The notes: generated from the sequence alone by a model not told the origin. Positions 1 through 13,279 are shown, counted from the stretch's first letter. The stretch: 64,000 bases of DNA from Eledone cirrhosa (GCA_964016885.1 OZ024743.1:140306001-140370000); one strand, 5' to 3'. Made by a program: numbers and translations.

Positions 1-3000
1 GTGTTTGATGTTTGGTGCTTCATGCTTGGTGCTTGGTGTTTGGTGCTTGGTGCCTGGTGCATGGTGTTTGGTGCTTGATGCTTGGTGTTTGGTGTTTGGT
101 GCTTGGTGTTTGGTGCTTGGTGCTTGGTGCTTGGTGTTAGGTGTTAGGTGTTTGATGCTTGGTGCTTGGTGTTTGGTGTTTGGTGTTTGGTGTTTGGTGT
201 TTGGTGTTTGGTGCTTGGTCTCTGGTGCATGGTGTTTGGTGCTTGGTGCTTGGTGTTTGGTGCTTGGTGCCTGGTGCTTGTTGTTTGGTGATTGGTGCTT
301 GGTGTTTCCTGTTTGGTGTTTGGTGTTTGGTGTTTGCTGTTTTGTGTTTGGTGCTTGGTGCTTGGTGCTTGGTGTTTGGTGCTTGGTGCTTGGTGTTTGG
401 TGCTTGGTGCTTGATGCTTGGTGCTTGGTGTTTGGTGCTTGGTGCCTGGTGCTTGTTGTTTGGTGATTGGTGCTTGGTGTTTGCTGTTTGGTGCTGCGTG
501 CTTGGTGCTTGGTGCTTGGTGCTTGGTGCTTGGTGTTTTGTGTTTGGTGTTTGATGCTTGGTGTTTGGTGTTTGGTGCTTGGTGCTTGGTGTTTGGTGTT
601 TGATGCTTGGTGCTTGATGCTTGGTGCTTGGTGCTTGGTGTTTGGTGCTTGGTGCTTGGTGTTTGTACTTGGTGTTTGGTGCTTGGTGTTTGGAGCTTGG
701 TGCTTGGTGTTTGGTGCTTGATGTTTGGTGTTTGGTGCTTGGTGTTTGGTGCTTGGTGCTTGGTGCTTGGTGTTAGGTGTTTGGTGCTTCATGCCTGGTG
801 CTTGGTGTTTGGTGCTTGGTGCATGGTGTTTGGTGCTTGGTGCCTGGTGCATGGTGTTTGTTGCTTGGTGCTTGGTGTTTGGTGTTTGGTGCTTGGTGCT
901 TGGTGCTTGGTGCTTGGTGTTAGGTGTTAGGTGTTTGGTGCTTGGTGCTTGGTGCTTGGTGTTTGGTGTTTGGTGTTTGGCGCTTGCTGCTTGCTGCTTG
1001 GTGTTTGGTACTTGGTGATTGGTGCTTGGTGTTTGGTGCTTGGTGCTTGGTGTTTGGTGCTAGGTGCTTGGTGCTTGGTGCTTGGTGTTTGGTGTTTGGT
1101 GCTTGGTACTTGGGGCTTGGTGTTTGGTGCTTGGTGCTTCGTGTTTGGTGTTTGGTGCTTGGTGCTTGGTGTTTGGTGTTTGGTGCTTGGTGTTTGGTGC
1201 TTGGTGCTTGGTGCTTGGTGCTTGGTGTTTGGTGCTTGGTGCTTGGTGCTTGGTGTTTGGTGATTGGTGTTTGGTGTTTGGTGCTTGGTGCTTGGTGTTT
1301 GGTGCTTGGTGCTTGGTGATTAGTGTTTGGTGCTTGGTGCTTGGGGTTTGGTGTTTGGTGCTTGGTGCTTGGTGCTTGGTGCTTGGTTCTTGGTGTTTGG
1401 TGCTTGGTGCTTGGTGCTTGGTGTTTGGTGCTTGGTGCTTGGTGTTTGGTGCTTGGTGTTTGGTGCTTGGTGTTTGGTGCTTGGTGCTTGGTGCTTGGTG
1501 CATGGTGCTTGGTGTTTGGTGCTTGGTGTTTGGTGCTTGGTGTTAGGAGTTTGGTGCTTGGTGCTTGGTGTTTGGTGTTTGGTGCTTGGTATTTGGTGCT
1601 TGGTGCTTGGTGTTTGGTGTTTGGTGCTTGGTGTTTGGTGCTTGCTACGTGGTGCTTGGTGCTTGGTGTTAGGTGTTTGGTGCTTGGTGCGTGGTGTTTG
1701 GTTTTTCGGTGCTTGGTGCTTGGTGTTTGGTGTTTGGTGCTTGCTGCTGGCTGCTTGGTGTTTGGTGCTTGGTGATTGGTGCTTGGTGTTTGGTGCTTGG
1801 TGTTTGGTGTTTGGTGCTAGGTGCTTGGTGCTTGGCGTTTGGTGATGATTGGTGCTTGGTGCTTTGTCTTTGGTGCTTGGTGTTTGGTGTTTGGTGCTTG
1901 GTGCTTGGTGCTTGGTGTTTGGTGCTTGGTGCTTGGTGTTTGGTGCTTGGTGCTTAGTGTTTGGTGCTAGGTGCTTGGGGTTTGGTGTTTAGTGCTTGGT
2001 GCTTGGTGTTTGGTGCTTGGCGCTTGGTGCTTGGTCTTTGGTGTTTGGTGTTTAGTGCTTGGTGCTTGGTGCTTGGTGTTTGGTGCTTGGTGCTTGGTGC
2101 ATTGTGATTAGTGTTTGGTGCTTGGTGCTTGGGGTTTGGTGTTTGGTGCTTGGTGCTTGGTGTTTGGTGATTGGTACTTGGTGTTTGGTGCTTGGTGTTT
2201 GCTGTTTGCTGTTTGGTGTTTTTGGTGTTTGCTGTTTGCTGTTTGGTGTCTGCTTTTTGGTGTTTGGTGTTTGCTGTTTGGTGTTTGGTCTTTGGTGCTT
2301 GGTCTTTGATGCTTGGTGTTTGGTGCTTGGTGCTTGGTGTTTGGTGTTTGGTGCGTGGTGACTGGTGCTTGTTGTTTGGTGATTGGTGCTTGGTGTTTGC
2401 TGTTTGGTGTTTGGTGTTTGGTGTTTGCTGTTTGGTGTTTGGTGCTTGGTGCTTGGTGCTTGGTGTTTGGTGCTTGGTGCTTGGTGTTTGGTGCTTGGTG
2501 CTTGGTGTTTGGTGCTTGGTGCCTGGTGCTTGTTGTTTGGTGATTGGTGCTTGGTGTTTGCTGTCTGGTGTTTGGTGTTTGGTGTTTGCTGTTTGGTGTT
2601 TGGTGCTGGGTGCTTGGTGTTTGTTGTTTGATGCTTGGTGTTTGATGCTTGGTGCTTGGTGCTTGGTGTTTGGTGTTTGGTGTTTGCTGTTTGGTGTTTG
2701 GTGCTTGGTGCTTGGTGCTTGGTGTTTGGTGCTTGGTGCTTCGTGTTTGGTGCTTGGTGCTTGATGGTTGGTGTTTGTACTTGGTGCTTGGTGCTTGGTG
2801 TTTTGTGCTTGATTCTTGGTGTTTGGTGCTTGGTGTTTGCTGCTTAGTGCTTGGTGTTTGGTGTTTGGTGCTTGGTGTTTGGTGCTTGGTGCTTGGTGCT
2901 TGGTGTTAAGTGTTTGGTGCTTGGTGTTTGATGTTTGGTGCTTCATGCTTGGTGCTTGGTGTTTGGTGCTTGGTGCCTGGTGCATGGTGTTTGGTGCTTG

Positions 3001-3067
3001 ATGCTTGGTGTTTGGTGTTTGGTGCTTGGTGTTTGGTGCTTGGTGCTTGGTGCTTGGTGCTTGGTGT

Positions 3068-6000
3068 TAGGTGTTAGGTGTTTGATGCTTGGTGCTTGGT
3101 GTTTGGTGTTTGGTGTTTGGTGTTTGGTGTTTGGTGTTTGGTCTTTGGTGCTTGGTCTCTGGTGCATGGTGTTTGGTGCTTGGTGCTTGGTGTTTGGTGC
3201 TTGGTGCCTGGTGCTTGTTGTTTGGTGATTGGTGCTTGGTGTTTCCTGTTTGGTGTTTGGTGTTTGGTGTTTGCTGTTTTGTGTTTGGTGCTTGGTGCTT
3301 GGTGCTTGGTGTTTGGTGCTTGGTGCTTGGTGTTTGGTGCTTGGTGCTTGATGCTTGGTGTTTGTACTTGGTGCTTGGTGCATGGTGTTTTGTGCTTGAT
3401 TCTTGGTGTTTGGTGCTTGGTGTTTGGTGCTTAGTGCTTGGTGTTTGGTGTTTGGTGCTTGGTGTTTGGTGCTTGGTGCTTGGTGCTTGGTGCTTGGTGT
3501 TTGGTGTTTGGTGCTTCATGCTTGGTGCTTGGTGTTTGGTGCTTGGTGCTCGGTGTTTGGTGCTTGGTGCCTGGTGCATGGTGTTTGGTGCTTGATGCTT
3601 GGTGTTTGGTGTTTGGTGCTTGGTGTTTGGTGCTTGGTGCTTGGTGCTTGGTGTTAGGTGTTAGGTGTTTGGTGATTGGTGCTTGGTGTTTGGTGCTTGG
3701 TGCTTGATGTTTGGTGCTTGGTGCTTGGTGTTTGGTGCTTGGTGTTTGGTGCTTGGTACTTGGGGCTTGGTGTTTGGTGCTTGGTGCTTGGTGCTTGGTG
3801 TTTGGTGCTTGGTGCTTGGTGTTTGGTGTTTGGTGCCTGGTGTTTGGTGCTTGGGGCTTGGTGCTGGGTGGTTGGTGTTTGGTGCTTGGTGCTTGGTGTT
3901 TGGTGCTTGGTGCTTGGTGCTTGGTGTTTGGTGCTTGGCGCTTGGTGCTTGGTCTTTGGTGCTTGGTGTCTGGTGTTTGGTGCTTGGTGCTTGGTGTTTG
4001 GTGCTTGGTGATTAGTGTTTGGTGCTTGGTGCTTGGGGTTTGGTGTTTGGTGCTTGGTGCTTGGTGTTTGGTGCTTGGTGCTTGGTGTTTGGTGCTTGGT
4101 GTTTGGTTTTTGCTGTTTGGTGTTTGGTGTTTGCTGTTTGCTGTTTGGTGTCTGCTTTTTGGTGTTTGGTGTTTGCTGTATCGTGTTTGCTGTTTCGTGT
4201 TTATTGTTTGCTGTTTGGTGTTTGTTGTTTGGTGTTTGGTGTTTCCTGTTTGGTGTTTAGTCTTTGGTGTTTGGTGTTTGGTGCTTGGTGCTTGGTGTTT
4301 GGTGTTTGGTGCTTGGGGCTTGGTGTTTGGTGCTGCGTGCTTGGTGCTTGGTGCTTGGTGCTTGGTGCTTGGTGTTTGGTGTTTGATGATTGGTGTTTGG
4401 TGTTTGGTGTTTGGTGCTTGGTGCTTGGTGTTTGGTGTTTGATGCTTGCTGCTTGATGCTTGGTGCTTGGTGCTTGGTGTTTGGTGCTTGGTGCTTGGTG
4501 TTTGGTGCTTGGTACTTGGTGTTTGGTGCTTGGTGTTTGCTGTTTGCTGTTTGGTGTTTGGTGTTTGCTGTTTGCTGTTTGGTGTCTGCTTTTTGGTGTT
4601 TGTTGTTTGCTCTATGGTGTTTGCTGTTTCGTGTTTGGTGTTTGCTGTGTGGTGTTTGGTGCTTGGTGTTTGGTGCTTGGTGCTTGGTGTTTGGTGCTAG
4701 GTGCTTGGTGTTTGGTGCTTGGTGTTTGGTGTTTGGTGCTTGGTACTTGGGGCTTGGTGTTTGGTGCTTGGTGCTTCGTGCTTGGTGTTTGGTGCTTGGT
4801 GCCTGATGCTTGTTGTTTGGTGATTGGTGCTTGGTGTTTGCTGTTTGGTGCTGCGTGCTTGGTGCTTGGTGCTTGGTGCTTGGTGCTTGGTGTTTTGTGT
4901 TTGGTGTTTGATGCTTGGTGTTTGGTGTTTGGTGCTTGATGCTTGGTGTTTGGTGTTTGATGCTTGGTGCTTGATGCTTGGTGCTTGGTGCTTGGTGTTT
5001 GCTGCTTGGTGCTTGGTGTTTGTACTTGGTGTTTGGTGCTTGGTGTTTGGTGCTTGGTGCTTGGTGTTTGGTGCTTGGTGCTTGGTGTTTGGTGTTTGGT
5101 GCTTGGTGTTTGGTGTTAGGTGTTTGGTGCTTCATGCCTGGTGCTTGGTGTTTGGTGCTTGGTGCTTGGTGTTTGGTGTTTGGTGCTTCATGCTTGGTGC
5201 TTGGTGTTTGGTGCTTGGTGCTTGGTGTTTGGTGCTTGGTGCCTGGTGCATGGTGTTTGGTGCTTGATGCTTGGTGTTTGGTGTTTGGTGCTTGGTGTTT
5301 GGTGCTTGGTGCTTGGTGCTTGGTGTTAGGTGTTAGGTGTTTGATGCTTGGAGTTTGCTGTTTGGTGTTTGGTGTTTGCTGTTTGGTGTTTGGTCTTTGG
5401 TGCTTGGTCTTTGGTGCTTGGTGTTTGGTGCTTGGTGCTTGGTGTTTGGTGCTTGGTGCCTGGTGCTTGTTGTTTGGTGATTGGTGCTTGGTGTTTCCTG
5501 TTTGGTGTTTGGTGTTTGGTGTTTGCTGTTTTGTGTTTGGTGCTTGGTGCTTGGTGCTTGGTGTTTGGTGCTTGGTGCTTGGTGTTTGGTGCATGGTGCT
5601 TGATGCTTGGTGTTTGTACTTGGTGCTTGGTGCATGGTGTTTTGTGCTTGATTCTTGGTGTTTGGTGCTTGGTGTTTGGTGCTTAGTGCTTGGTGTTTGG
5701 TGTTTGGTGCTTGGTGTTTGGTGCTTGGTGCTTGGTGCTTGGTGTTTGGTGTTTGGTGCTTCATGCTTGGTGCTTGGTGTTTGGTTCTTGGTGCTTAGTG
5801 TTTGGTGCTTGGTGCCTGGTGCATGGTGTTTGGTGCTTGATGCTTGGTGTTTGGTGTTTGGTGCTTGGTGTTTGGTGCTTGGTGCTTGGTGCTTGGTGTT
5901 AGGTGTTAGGTGTTTGGTGATTGGTGCTTGGTGTTTGGTGCTTGGTGCTTGATGTTTGGTGCTTGGTGCTTGGTGTTTGGTGCTTGGTGTTTGGTGCTTG

Positions 6001-7595
6001 GTACTTGGGGCTTGGTGTTTGGTGCTTGGTGCTTGGTGCTTGGTGTTTGGTGCTTGGTGCTTGGTGTTTGGTGTTTGGTGCTTGGCGTTTGGTGCTTGGT
6101 GCTTGGTGCTGGGTGGTTGGTGTTTGGTGCTTGGTGCTTGGTGTTTGGTGCTTGGTGCTTGGTGCTTGGTGTTTGGTGCTTGGCGCTTGGTGCTTGGTCT
6201 TTGGTGCTTGGTGTTTGGTGTTTGGTGCTTGGTGCTTGGTGTTTGGTGCTTGGTGATTAGTGTTTGGTGCTTGGTGCTTGGGGTTTGGTGTTTGGTGCTT
6301 GGTGCTTGGTGTTTGGTGCTTGGTGTTTGGTTTTTACTGTTTGGTGTTTGGTGTTTGCTGTTTGCTGTTTGCTGTTTGGTGTCTGCTTTTTGGTGTTTGG
6401 TGTTTGCTGTATCGTGTTTGCTGTTTCGTGTTTATTGTTTGCTGTTTGGTGTTTGTTGTTTGGTGTTTGGTGTTTCCTGTTTGGTGTTTAGTCTTTGGTG
6501 TTTGGTGTTTGGTGCTTGGTGCTTGGTGTTTGGTGTTTGGTGCTTGGGGCTTGGTGTTTGGTGCTGCGTGCTTGGTGCTTGGTGCTTGGTGCTTGGTGCT
6601 TGGTGTTTGGTGTTTGATGATTGGTGTTTGGTGTTTGGTGTTTGGTGCTTGGTGCTTGGTGTTTGGTGTTTGATGCTTGCTGCTTGATGCTTGGTGCTTG
6701 GTGCTTGGTGTTTGGTGCTTGGTGCTTGGTGTTTGGTGCTTGGTACTTGGTGTTTGGTGCTTGGTGTTTGCTGTTTGCTGTTTGGTGTTTGGTGTTTGCT
6801 GTTTGCTGTTTGGTGTCTGCTTTTTGGTGTTTGTTGTTTGCTCTATGGTGTTTGCTGTTTCGTGTTTGGTGTTTGCTGTTTGGTGTTTGGTGCTTGGTGT
6901 TTGGTGCTTGGTGCTTGGTGTTTGGTGCTAGGTGCTTGGTGTTTGGTGCTTGGTGTTTGGTGTTTGGTGCTTGGTACTTGGGGCTTGGTGTTTGGTGCTT
7001 GGTGCTTCGTGCTTGGTGTTTGGTGCTTGGTGCCTGATGCTTGTTGTTTGGTGATTGGTGCTTGGTGTTTGCTGTTTGGTGCTGCGTGCTTGGTGCTTGG
7101 TGCTTGGTGCTTGGTGCTTGGTGTTTTGTGTTTGGTGTTTGATGCTTGGTGTTTGGTGTATGGTGCTTGATGCTTGGTGTTTGGTGTTTGATGCTTGGTG
7201 CTTGATGCTTGGTGCTTGGTGCTTGGTGTTTGCTGCTTGGTGCTTGGTGTTTGTACTTGGTGTTTGGTGCTTGGTGTTTGGTGCTTGGTGCTTGGTGTTT
7301 GGTGCTTGGTGCTTGGTGTTTGGTGTTTGGTGCTTGGTGTTTGGTGCTTGGTGCTTGGTGCTTGGTGTTAGGTGTTTGGTGCTTCATGCCTGGTGCTTGG
7401 TGTTTGGTGCTTGGTGCTTGGTGTTTGGTGTTTGGTGCTTCATGCTTGGTGCTTGGTGTTTGGTGCTTGGTGCTTGGTGTTTGGTGCTTGGTGCCTGGTG
7501 CATGGTGTTTGGTGCTTGATGCTTGGTGTTTGGTGTTTGGTGCTTGGTGTTTGGTGCTTGGTGCTTGGTGCTTGGTGTTAGGTGTTAGGTGTTTG
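3068..7595 (+). repeat. Tandem higher-order duplication, unit about 2.23-2.26 kb, 2 copies
   Basis: Doubled TAGGTGT at 3068/5327/7579 and 3655/5900. CTGCTTT at 4152/6383 and 4586/6817 (offset 2231). ORF-track pairs 3665/5910, 4015/6260, 4390/6621 and 4824/7055. Confidence 0.9.
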
Positions 7596-8949
7596 GTGCT
7601 TGGTGTTTGGTGTTTGTTGTTTTGGTGTTTCCTGTTTGGTGTTTGGTGTTTGGTGCTTGGTGCTTGGTGTTTGGTGCTTGGTACTTGTTGTTTGGTGATT
7701 GGTGCTTGGTGCTTGGTGTTTGCTGTTTGGTGCTTGGGGCTTGTTGTTTGGTGCTGCGTGCTTGGTGCTTGGTGCTTGGTGCTTGGTGCTTGGTGTTTGG
7801 TGTTTGATGATTGGTGTTTGGTGTTTGGTGTTTGGTGCTTGGTGCTTGGTGTTTGGTGTTTGATGCTTGCTGCTTGATGCTTGGTGCTTGGTGCTTGGTG
7901 TTTGGTGCTTGGTGCTTGGTGTTTGGTGCTTGGTACTTGGTGTTTGGTGCTTGGTGTTTGCTGTTTGCTGTTTGGTGTTTGGTGTTTGTTGTTTGCTGTT
8001 TGGTGTCTGCTTTTTGGTGGTTGTTGTTTGCTCTATGGTGTTTGCTGTTTCATGTTTGGTGTTTGCTGTTTGGTGTTTGGTGTTTGCTGTTTGGTGTTTG
8101 GTGCTTGGTGTTTGGTGCTTGGTGCTTGGTGTTTGGTGCTAGGTGCTTCATGCTTGGTGCTTGGTGTTTGGTGTTTGGTGCTTGGTACTTGGGGCTTGGT
8201 GTTTGGTGCTTGGTGCTTCGTGCTTGGTGTTTGGTGCTTGGTGCTTGGTGTTTGGTGTTTGGTGCTTGGTGCCTGGTGCTTGTTGTTTGGTGATTGGTGC
8301 TTGGTGTTTGCTGTTTGGTGCTGCGTGCTTGGTGCTTGGTGCTTGGTGCTTGGTGCTTGGTGTCTTGTGTTTGGTGTTTGATGCTTGGTGTTTGGTGTTT
8401 GGTGCTTGGTTCTTGGTGTTTGGTGTTTGATGCTTGGTGCTTGATGCTTGGTGCTTGGTGCTTGGTGTTTGGTGCTTGGTGCTTGGTGTTTGTACTTGGT
8501 GTTTGGTGCTTGGTGTTTGGTGCTTGGTGCTTGGTGTTTGGTGCTTGGTGCTTGGTGCTTGGTGTTTGGTGTTTGGTGCTTGGTGTTTGGTGCTTGGTGC
8601 TTGGTGCTTGGTGTTAGGTGTTTGGTGCTTCATGTCTGGTGCTTGATGTTTGGTGCTTGGTGCTTGGTGTTTGGTGCTTGGTGCCTGGTGCATGGTGTTT
8701 GTTGCTTGGTGCTTGGTGTTTGGTGTTTGGTGCTTGGTGTTTGGTGCTTGGTGCTTGGTGTTTGGTGTTTGGTGTTTGGTGCTTGCTGCTTGCTGCTTGG
8801 TGTTTGGTGCTTGGTGATTGGTGCTTGGTGTTTGGTGCTTGGTGCTTGGTGTTTGGTGCTAGGTGCTTGGTGCTTGGTGCTTGGTGTTTGGTGTTTTGTG
8901 CTTGGTACTTGGGGCTTTGTATTTGGTGCTTGGTGCTTCGTGTTTGGTG

Positions 8950-11900
8950 TTTGGTGCTTGGTGCTTGGTGTTTGGTGCTTGGTGTTTGGTGCTTGGTGCT
9001 TGGTGCTGTGTGGTTGGCGTTTGGTGCTTGGTGCTTGGTGTTTGGTGCTTGGTGCTTGGTACTTGGTGTTTGGTGCTTGGTGTTTGGTGTTTGGTGCTTG
9101 GTGCTTGGTGTTTGGTGCTTGGTGCTTGGTGATTAGTGTTTGGTGCTTGGTGCTGGGGCTTTGGTGTTTGGTGCTTGGTGCTTGGTGTTTGGTGCTTGGT
9201 GCTTGGTGTTTGGTGCTTGGTGTTTGGTGTTTGCTGTTTGGTGTTTGGTGTTTGGTGTTTGTTGTTTGCTGTTTGGTGTCTGCTTTTTGGTGTTTGGTGT
9301 TTGCTGTATGGTGTTTGCTGTTTCGTGTTTATTGTTTGCTGTTTGGTGTTTGGTGTTTGGTGTTTGGTGTTTCCTGTTTGGTCTTTAGTCTTTGGTGCTT
9401 GGTGTTCGGTGCTTGGTGCTTGGTATTTGGTGTTTGGTGTTTGGTGCTTGGTGCTTGGTGTTTGGTGCTTGGTGCTTGGTGTTTGGTGTTTGGTGCTTGG
9501 TGCTTGGTGTTTGGTGTTTGCTGTTTGCTGTTTGGTGTTTGTTGTTTGGTGTTTGTTGTTTGGTGTTTTCTGTTTGGTGTTTGGTGTTTGCTGTTTCGTG
9601 TCTGCTTTTTGGTGTTTGGTGTTTGCTGTATGTTGTTTGCTGTTTGCTGTTTGGTGTTTGGTGTTTGGTGTTTGGTGCTTGCTGCTTGGTGTTTGGTGCT
9701 TGGTGCTTGGTGTTTGGTGCCTGGTGCTTGGTGCTTGGTGCTTGGTGTTTGGTGTTTGGTGCTTGGTGCTTGGTGCTTGGTGTTTTGTGTTTGGTGTTTG
9801 GTTTTTGGTGCTTGGTCCTTGGTGTTTGGTGCTGGGTGCTTTGTGTTTGGTGCTTGGTGCTTGGTGTTTGGTGTTTGCTGCTTGGTGTTTGATGCTTGGT
9901 GCTTGGTGCTTGGTGTTTTGTGTTTGGTGCTTGGTGCTTGGTGTTTGGTGCTTGGTGCTTGGTGTTTGGTGCCTGGTGCTTGGTGCTTGGTGCTTGGTCC
10001 TTGGTGTTTGGTGCTGGGTGCTTGGTGTTTGATGCTTGGTGCTTGGTATTTGGTGCTTGGTGCTTGGTGTTTGGTGCTTGGTGCTGGTTGGTTGGTGTTT
10101 GGTGCTTGGTGTTTAGTGCTTGGTGCTTAGTGTTTGGTGCTAGGTGCTTGGGGTTTGGTGTTTGGTGCTTGGTGTTTGGTGCTTGGTGCTTGGTGTTTGG
10201 TGCTTGGTGTTTGGTGTTTGCTGTTTGCTGTTTGGTGTTTGTTGTTTGGTGTTTGTTGTTTGGTGTTTGCTGTTTGGTGTTTCGTGTTTGCTGTTTCGTG
10301 TCTGCTTTTTGGTGTTTGGTGTTTGCTGTATGTTGTTTGCTGTTTGGTGTTTGGTGTTTGGTGTTTGGTGCTTGGTGCTTGGTGTTTGGTGCTTGGTGCT
10401 TGGTGTTTGGTGTTTGGTGTTTGGTGCTTGGTGTTTGGAGCTTGGTGCTTGGTGTTTGGTGCTTGGTGCTTGGTGTTTGGTGTTTGGTGCTTCGTGTTTG
10501 GTGCTTGGTGCTTGGTGCTTGGTGTTAGGTGTTTGGTGCTTCATGCCTGGTGCTTGGTGTTTGGTGCTTGGTGCATGGTGCTTGGTGCTTGGTGCCTGGT
10601 GCGTGGTGTTTGGTGTTTGGTGCTTGGTGTTTGGTGCTTGGTGCTTGGTGTTTGGTGCGTGGTACTTGGTGTTTGGTGTTTGGTGTTTGTTGTTTGCTGT
10701 TTGGTGTCTGCTTTTTGGTGTTTGTTGTTTGCTCTATGGTGTTTGCTGTTTCATGTTTGGTGTTTGCTGCTTGGTGTTTGGTGTTTGCTGTTTGGTGTTT
10801 GGTGCTTGGTGTTTGGTGCTTGGTGCTTGGTGTTTGGTGCTAGGTGCTTCATGCTTGGTGCTTGGTGTTTGGTGTTTGGTGCTTGGTACTTGGGGCTTGG
10901 TGTTTGGTGCTTGGTGCTTGGTGCTTGGTGTTTGGTGTTTGATGCTTGGTGCTTGATGCTTGGTGCTTGGTGCTTGGTGTTTGGTGCTTGGTGCTTGGTG
11001 TTTGTACTTGGTGTTTGGTGCTTGGTGTTTGGAGCTTGGTGCTTGGTGTTTGGTGCTTGGTGCTTGGTGTTTGGTGTTTGGTGCTTGGTGTTTGGTGCTT
11101 GGTGCTTGGTGCTTGGTGTTAGGTGTTTGGTGCTTCATGCCTGGTGCTTGGTGTTTGGTGCTTGGTGCATGGTGCTTGGTGCTTGGTGCCTGGTGCGTGG
11201 TGTTTGGTGTTTGGTGCTTGGTGTTTGGTGCTTGGTGCTTGGTGTTTGGTGCTTGGTACTTGGTGTTTGGTGTTTGGTGTTTGTTGTTTGCTGTTTGGTG
11301 TCTGCTTTTTGGTGTTTGGTGTTTGCTCTATGGTGTTTGCTGTTTCATGTTTGGTGTTTGCTGTTTGGTGTTTGGTGTTTGCTGTTTGGTGTTTGGTGCT
11401 TGGTGTTTGGTGCTTGGTGCTTGGTGTTTGGTGCTAGGTGCTTCATGCTTGGTGCGTGGTGTTTGGTGTTTGGTGCTTGGTACTTGGGGCTTGGTGTTTG
11501 GTGCTTGGTGCTTCGTGCTTGGTGTTTGGTGCTTGGTGCTTGGTGTTTGGTGTTTGGTGCTTGGTGCCTGGTGTTTGGTGCTTGGTGTTTGGTGCTTGGT
11601 GCTTGGTGCTGTGTGGTTGGCGTTTGGTGCTTGGTGCTTGGTGTTTGGTGCTTGGTGCTTGGTGCTTGGTGTTTGGTGCTTGGTGTTTGGTGTTTGGTGC
11701 TTGGTGCTTGGTGTTTGGTGCTTGGTGCTTGGTGATTAGTGTTTGGTGCTTGGTGCTTGGGGTTTGGTGTTTGGTGCTTGGTGCTTGGTGTTTGGTGCTT
11801 GGTGCTTGGTGTTTGGTGCTTGGTGTTTGGTGTTTGCTGTTTGGTGTTTGGTGTTTGGTGTTTGCTGTTTGCTGTTTGGTGTCTGCTTTTTGGTGTTTGG

Positions 11901-13200
11901 TGTTTGCTGTATGGTGTTTGCTGTTTCGTGTTTATTGTTTGCTGTTTGGTGTTTGGTGTTTGGTGTTTGGTGTTTCCTGTTTGGTCTTTAGTCTTTGGTG
12001 CTTAGTGTTCGGTGCTTGGTGCTTGGTATTTGGTGTTTGGTGTTTGGTGCTTGGTGCTTGGTGTTTGGTGCTTGGTGCTTGGTGTTTGGTGTTTGGTGCT
12101 TGGTGCTTGGTGTTTGGTGTTTGCTGTTTGCTGTTTGGTGTTTGTTGTTTGGTGTTTGTTGTTTGGTGTTTTCTGTTTGGTGTTTGGTGTTTGCTGTTTC
12201 GTGTCTGCTTTTTGGTGTTTGGTGTTTGCTGTATGTTGTTTGCTGTTTGCTGTTTGGTGTTTGGTGTTTGGTGTTTGGTGCTTGCTGCTTGGTGTTTGGT
12301 GCTTGGTGCTTGGTGTTTGGTGCCTGGTGCTTGGTGCTTGGTGCTTGGTGTTTGGTGTTTGGTGCTTGGTGCTTGGTGCTTGGTGTTTTGTGTTTGGTGT
12401 TTGGTTTTTGGTGCTTGGTCCTTGGTGTTTGGTGCTGGGTGCTTTGTGTTTGGTGCTTGGTGCTTGGTGTTTGGTGTTTGCTGCTTGGTGTTTGATGTTT
12501 GGTGCTTGGTGCTTGGTGTTTTGTGTTTGGTGTTTGCTGCTTGGTGTTTGATGTTTGGTGCTTGGTGCTTGGTGTTTGGTGCCTGGTGCTTGGTGCTTGG
12601 TGCTTGGTCCTTGGTGTTTGGTGCTGGGTGCTTGGTGTTTGATGCTTGGTGCTTGGTGTTTGGTGCTTGGTGCTTGGTGTTTGGTGCTTGGTGCTGGTTG
12701 GTTGGTGTTTGGTGCTTGGTGTTTGGTGCTGGGTGCTTGGTGTTTCGTGCTTGGTGCTTGGTCTTTGGTGCTTGGTGTTTGGTGTTTGGTGCTTGGTGCT
12801 TGGTGTTTGGTGCTTGGTGCTTGGTGTTTAGTGCTTGGTGCTTAGTGTTTGGTGCTAGGTGCTTGGGGTTTGGTGTTTGGTGCTTGGTGTTTGGTGCTTG
12901 GTGCTTGGTGTTTGGTGCTTGGTGTTTGGTGTTTGCTGTTTGCTGTTTGGTGTTTGTTGTTTGGTGTTTGTTGTTTGGTGTTTGCTGTTTGGTGTTTCGT
13001 GTTTGCTGTTTCGTGTCTGCTTTTTGGTGTTTGGTGTTTGCTGTATGTTGTTTGCTGTTTGGTGTGTGGTGTTTGGTGTTTGGTGCTTGGTGCTTGGTGT
13101 TTGGTGCTTGGTGCTTGGTGTTTGGTGCCTGGTGCTTGGTGCTTGGTGTTTGGTGTTTGGTGTTTGGTGCTTGGTGCTTGGTGCTTGGTGTTTGGTGCTT
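8950..13200 (+). repeat. Duplicated block (about 8.95-10.4 kb and about 11.55-13.2 kb), offset 2603 rising to 2715
   Basis: ORF-track pairs 9136/11739, 9392/11995 and 10134/12849. CTGCTTT at 9280/11883 and 9602/12205. Confidence 0.85.
10420..11510 (+). repeat. Tandem duplication with 594-bp period (85 monomers, one of them the 6-bp TTGTAC)
   Basis: TTGGAGC at 10435/11029, TAGGTGT at 10526/11120 and CTGCTTT at 10708/11302. Confidence 0.9.
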
Positions 13201-13279
13201 GGTGCTTGATGTTTGGTGCCTGGTGCTTGGTGCTTGGTGTTTGGTGTTTGGTGTTTGGTGCTTGGTGCTTGGTGCTTGG

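Noticed and set aside
131-150. TTAGG arthropod telomere motif within TGTTAGGTGTTAGG
   Set aside because: It arises from a single T>A change in the heptamer and stays in 7-bp register. It never forms (TTAGG)n.
3860-3875. Chi-like sequences (GCTGGGTGG, GCTGGTTGG, GCTGGTGC)
   Set aside because: None I saw matches GCTGGTGG exactly, and near-matches are expected from the repeat composition.
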